Below, piece after piece: positions 62,515 through 64,000 of a stretch of DNA of 64,000 bases (position 1 is its first letter; each line of letters opens with the position of its first letter). This stretch comes from Lama glama (lineage: Eukaryota). The stretch spans positions 37,450,001 through 37,514,000 of the forward strand of contig CM052818.1 of NCBI GenBank assembly GCA_028534125.1. The letters run 5' to 3'. The position numbers were made by a program, and so were the translations under genes. The notes beneath the pieces are model-generated. The model did no database searches, was not told the origin of the DNA, and saw nothing but the letters and a program-made list of their open reading frames with translations.

Positions 62515-62730
62515 ATTTTTTTCTCTCTTTCCCTCTGTCTTCCCTTCCTCTCTGTCTCTCTCTGTCTCTCTGTTTTTTTTTCACTTCCTTTGTCTTCCTC
62601 TGATCCACTCTGCCTCTCCAGCTCTTCATCTCTGTCCTCTCATTCTCTCCTGTGCTTTCTAGCTCCATTTTTCTCTTTGTACTTCTCATTCTTTTTCCTC
62701 CCGCTTTCTTTCTTCATCTCCTTCATTTCC
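62515..62730. repeat. CT-rich polypyrimidine low-complexity tract
   Basis: Directly visible. Confidence 0.85.
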
Positions 62731-63059
62731 TTATAACGAAATACCTATAATGGGAACCAAAACCAGAAGGGCTATCTCTTTTCTGCCTTACTCAGTGGTA
62801 AGAGACAAGTGGACTTTGGATTTTCCCTAAAAACTTCTACCCTCGCAGAGAAAAGGCCTCTAATTTAGGAACATTGTCATATTTTAATGTGAATCATTCG
62901 CTGCAAATAACCATCACCATCACCTTCTTCTTGGCATTGTATTTCCCAAGCAGCTTCCCTTCAGGCCATGGAGAGGTACAGTTTTGTCATGAACAGTGAC
63001 CCAAGTGCAGGAATCTCAAGAGATTTGGTCCTAACTTAGTGTCCAGGGTTTTCAGATGC

Positions 63060-63220
63060 CAAACTGTTAGAGTCAGAAGACCTGGCCTTGAGAACTGTTT
63101 CATTGGTCTCCTCTCTGAATCTGTGTTCATCTTTCGTAGTGTGGGCATAATAATATCTCCTCTGCAGACTTCATTGGTATGTTCTGAAGATCAAGTTAAA
63201 GGATATAAAAGAACTTAAAA
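63060..63220 (+). mobile_element. MIR
   Basis: 'ttagagtcagaagacctgg...ctctctgaatctgtgttcatct...cataataatatctcctctgcag'. Confidence 0.65.
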
Positions 63221-63229
63221 ATATCCTTT

Positions 63230-64000
63230 CTTAGAATTAGGCAATGCTTTCTTAAATGGGGCAGAAAAAACACCAACTGTAAGAAAAGAAATGATCACTG
63301 AATTGTACTATGATTATTTCATACGTCAACACAAGAAACTATTAAGAGAAAAGGCAACCCTCAAATGGGAGAAATTATTCATAATACACTTATCCAGTAT
63401 GGGCTCCTATCCAGAATATATATCTGGAACTCCTGCAAATCAATTAGAAAAAAAGCAGGCGATGCAGCAGAGAAGTGTACAGAAACTTGAACAGGGACGC
63501 CTTAAAGGCGGATAGCCAAACGGCCAATAAACAAGTGCAAAGATATTTAACTTCATTAATTATTAGGCAATTCACAAAATAAGATGACAAAATGATTAAA
63601 AATGCATGAAAATGTGATGAGTCAGGGACATGTTAACTAATCAAAATGTGTTACCTCTATACTTCCACCAAAATTGCAAAAAATAATAACAATAGGACCA
63701 TGAAACTGCATGTTGGTGAGTACGGAGGGCCACTGGGACATCAAAACAATGACAGTGATGGTATTAATTTCTACAGCTACTTTCCAGTAATATTTGGTAG
63801 GCTGCTACATTTGAACGTATCAGACCCTAGGACTCAGCGGTTTCACTTCTGGAATTTGCCTGTAGAAATTCACATACGCATTCACCAAAAGACAAGCACA
63901 GAAATATTCCCAGCATAGCTATCTGTAATACCGTAGAATAAGTCATTATCCAAATGTTTACCAACAGAGGAATAAATAACTTGTGGTTTGTTTGCAAAAT
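63230..64000 (+). mobile_element. Old L1 ORF2 C-terminal/3' UTR fragment, continuing beyond the window
   Basis: Translation KATLKWEKLFIIHLSS; 'ggccaataaacaagtgcaaagatatttaacttcatta', 'ccaaatgtttaccaacagaggaataaataa'. Confidence 0.8.

Noticed and set aside
1..64000. CRISPR arrays, operons or prokaryotic-type defence systems
   Set aside because: No regularly spaced repeat-spacer array or gene-dense structure is present. The repeat content shows mammalian non-coding DNA.

Overview
Mammalian non-coding DNA (intergenic or a large intron). Two tRNA-derived SINEs of the camelid Vic-1 type and artiodactyl/camelid-style L1 3' ends suggest a camel, alpaca or llama genome. I found no protein-coding exon, RNA gene or recognisable pseudogene. 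The listed ORFs are short chance ORFs, repeat-derived (for example L1 ORF2 remnants), or artefacts of the 500-N gap at 33011-33510. Much of the window is interspersed repeat (L1, L2, MIR, MaLR/MLT1, ERV1-type LTRs, hAT MITEs), with several nested insertions. Unique islands between the repeats carry transcription-factor motif clusters that may be enhancers. I cannot support a claim of a new biological system. The most unusual observations are: (1) a SINE plus an L1 3' terminus plus a T5 run inside one perfect 15-bp TSD at about 60 kb (candidate SINE 3' transduction or chimera); (2) a two-LTR MaLR provirus with two nested inserts, an identical 21-mer in both LTRs and a CpG-rich inserted LTR; (3) a direct-plus-inverted triplication that looks like a template-switch scar at about 18.7 kb. 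Repeat family names are recalled from consensus sequences, not from a database search. Boundaries without a stated TSD or TIR are approximate.
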